64,000 nt of DNA from Podarcis cretensis (lineage: Eukaryota): contig OX638149.1 in the NCBI GenBank assembly GCA_951804945.1, positions 97,898,001 to 97,962,000 on the forward strand. The letters are read 5' to 3'. Below, piece by piece: positions 60,931 through 64,000 of this stretch. Within the stretch, counting starts at the first letter, position 1. Every line of letters begins with the position of its first letter. Both the position numbers and the translations under genes were made by a program. Under the pieces are notes generated by a model that saw only the letters and a list, made by a program, of their open reading frames with translations, was not told the origin of the DNA and did no database searches.

Positions 60931-63900
60931 TCAGCTGACAATGACTTGTGCCAGCCCTCTCAAATGCCACTTTTCCTTCTTTGCCAAGCTCCATAGGCTT
61001 GCAAAAGGTTGCTTTTCACATGCATGTTCAGTATTTTACTGTTTTGAGAGAATTCAGATTAACCATTATATGACTTAATCAGCCAAATTTCTGGGGGTGG
61101 ATGTTCACTCTATTAGGCATAAAGCCATTTGGGTCTTCTCCAAAGTTGCCATTTAAGGAAAAGTCCAACATACATTATCTAATATCTAATGGTGACACTG
61201 GGAAATGCAAAGGCAGTTAGGCATCCCAGCTAAAAAATTTTTTTTAGTTGCAGTATTTGTAAAAGTGTCATGTATAGATTTTAGATATATTATCAGAACT
61301 ACATAAATAATTGGATGGATGCTACTTATAACCAAGCATACTCTTATATAAGCATATACACACTTAAACATGAAATGATGTGCATATATGCTAACGTTTT
61401 CCCCCTTACAGAGTTAAAATAAGCTGGGAAAGTGTTTTATTTTTAATAAATGACATGCAATATCTTTCCTCATAATACAAGCATCTCCTTGCTGTGCTCA
61501 TTTCAAAAAACCTTCTACTTTTTGCCTGCAGCCGTCAATCAGCTTGTTCACTGATTTTAAAGTTTTTGACATGCTTCATTCTGGATTTGGTCTTTAGTTC
61601 AGTTTATCACTGTCCCTAGATCTGCACGGTTTTGTTTATTTGATGTGTCTCTCAAGTACTAATGTTACTGGGATCATTTCCCCTTTGGCAAGTAGTCACA
61701 CACTTTGGCACACTCTGACCAGGCCCAAGCAGTGGGGGTGGGCAGCCAGATGCACTTGCCCTGGGCCTTGGAGGGCTAAGTTGCTTAGGGCCCCCCGCCA
61801 GCACTTATGCTGTCATGCTAAGAACAAGACTCCCACCCGGGGCCTCACACAGGCCTGAATATGACCAAAGTGAGTTGAATGGTAGAGTTAATGCACAAGT
61901 GTAAATTCGTCCCACTGATGTCAGTGGGACTTAACTTTGCCTGAACTTTGCCCATTATGGTTCCACAATTTCAGATTCACCTTGTTGAGCAAAACATATG
62001 AAGCATAGCTAGTATCTCCTCACCTGGTATGGATTTGAAAGCTGAATTAATTTCTCTCAGTTAAATGGTATTGCTCTTTGGTTTCATAAATCTAGGCTAG
62101 TAAAAGACAACAGACCAATTTCCATCATGATTGCTTTTTTAATGTAAGGAGCTTCCATAGATGTGGCAATGACAAAGGTCTCTGCACTGTACCTATGAGA
62201 TCTAAACATTGGGTATGGGGATTCCAGTAAACCTCCAGATGCTATGCCAGATATGGATATCTGAGATTTACTAGTCACATCCTTGAAATGAAACCTGCTT
62301 CAATTTTTAACAGTAGCAGAATAAAAGAAAAGAGTAGATAATAATGGAGGTGCAGTACTATTTTCTAGAGCAGTTAAGCTTTCTAGATGGGCTGTTTGAA
62401 AAATGTGTTTTTAAACAACAAAACCACCAACTGCACCATTTTTAAAAGTCCAAAAATACTGCAGTGTTTGCAGGAACATTTCCAATATCTTGTGAGACAG
62501 GTTTTCTGCAGTGAGTGCAACATTAATCAAATGAGAGCATAAAGTGCTTCCTGGGTCTCACAGTTTAACAGTGAAACATGAACTTCTAGACTCTCAAATG
62601 TGCCTTTTATTTTCTCAATTAAGCATCCCTTTCTGTTCATTTTGCATATCATCCACAGGGTTTGGGAACCACTGCTCTAGAATATCAAGTGTGGGTCAAA
62701 TAAAGAGCACTAAGGAAAAAAAGAAGGCACACTTGGGTCTAAGAGTAAGAAAAGGACAGTTTTACAATTTTCTACAGTTAAACCTCTAACTTTCCAACTT
62801 TTCATGGCAATCCTATTGTTTCTCTTTCTGAATAAATATCCCACCCATGTACCGTACTCTGCCCCTTCTGTGCCCCCTCCCAATAATTTTCAAGGTGTGC
62901 TGCTACCTTCTGTGTACAAAGGAAAAATGAATCTCATTTCCATGGCAAGCACATTCCCTTGTACTATTTCAGCCTCTTATGTTTATCTTCTACCTTCATT
63001 TCATCCTCACCCACCCTCCGCCAAGGAGTGCTACTATACTTTGCCCCCAGCCTTGAGCTCCAAGTATTCTCCTCACAACTTACATTGTGCACTTTAGAGA
63101 GAGAGAGAGATTACTGCACAGCATCAGGTCCTAAATTAAACTGCCTGCTGAATCAGGTGTAAGAGTCAGTCTAGAGGAGGCCAGCTAATTGCGGGAGCTC
63201 TATTCTGGCTGTTGTGATCAATACTACCAGGACCTGAGTGCATTAGAAATAGATAGCGTGCTCTAGACAGCCCCACCTCACTGTCAAATAGGTCAGGCTC
63301 CTAGACAGCTAAAAGTTCTTGAGCCTCTTGGCAGAGACTTAATGTTCAAAGATATAAATGGGCTAAGTCTTAAATGACCATGACAAATGCCACCTACCTT
63401 TGCAGTAGATGGTTTAAGTTGACTCATAAATAGTTTCTAAGACTGGCTATGTACTTCCCAAAGCAACAGCAATAGCAGCACCCCTGCACACATTTTGATG
63501 GGAGTTTTGTGGCAATCATAAAATGTAGAACCATTACCAAGGTTTTCCAAGGAAAGTTTGGCTCTTATATATATAAAAAAAGGTTGAATTTGTTGTTGTT
63601 GTTTGTTTAACTGCCCCACACAACTGAAGGCATGAAACGAGAAAGCAAATAAAAAATAGCCTCCTGGTGTAATTATTTGTAAAAAAAATACTAAGAAAAC
63701 TGAAGCAAACATCCATAACCAATTCCATACATAGAATTCATATGAACTGCAGATTGGCACTGTGCAAACTGTATTATAGAGAAATGGCAATTCCTTTTAA
63801 TAAAGGAATACTTTTTTATCATGCATAAGTCGGGGGAGGGGGGTTTGCATCGTGGAGCCATTTCCTCTCATGGGAGAAAAAGACTATAACAGCTTGTGGC

Positions 63901-64000
63901 CTGCACTCTCGCTATGCCACCCATCTGTGGTTCAATAAAATTTTGGCCTGTTATTTTAAACTAGTGCATGCCTGATTTCAGTGATGGTCCAAAATGCTGG

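Noticed and set aside
62084-62280. Minus-strand ORF or exon MTSKSQISISG...
   Set aside because: Weak splice signals and no recognisable domain.

Overview
AT-rich, CpG-poor vertebrate DNA. The repeat content (Sauria/Squam1 SINEs, BovB, CR1, L2, MIR-like and tRNA-Ala SINEs) points to a squamate, most likely a lacertid lizard; this is an inference. No host protein-coding gene is recognisable. The background looks like a large intron or gene desert with several repeat-free, homeodomain-site-rich blocks and one candidate 87-nt exon. Three young retroelements with perfect target-site duplications (TSDs) dominate. (1) A complete Ty1/Copia element (5354-10469) has identical 326-bp LTRs and an uninterrupted 1342-aa gag-pol ORF. 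It has a half-tRNAiMet (Hemivirus-type) primer-binding site (PBS), a second tRNAiMet-complementary box in U5, and a strong splice acceptor, cUUCGg hairpin and polyA signal in the LTR. (2) A 2.05-kb poly(A)-tailed, ORF2-less L1-like element (40278-42328) has a structured CpG-rich 5' end and a ~220-codon mini-ORF1-like frame. (3) A full-length BovB/RTE LINE (45125-48346, minus) is broken only by two 1-nt frameshifts and has a highly foldable 5' leader. There are also hAT and Tc1/mariner MITEs, decayed LINE and Gypsy relics, and microsatellites. Family names come from recognised motifs and recalled consensus sequences, not database searches.
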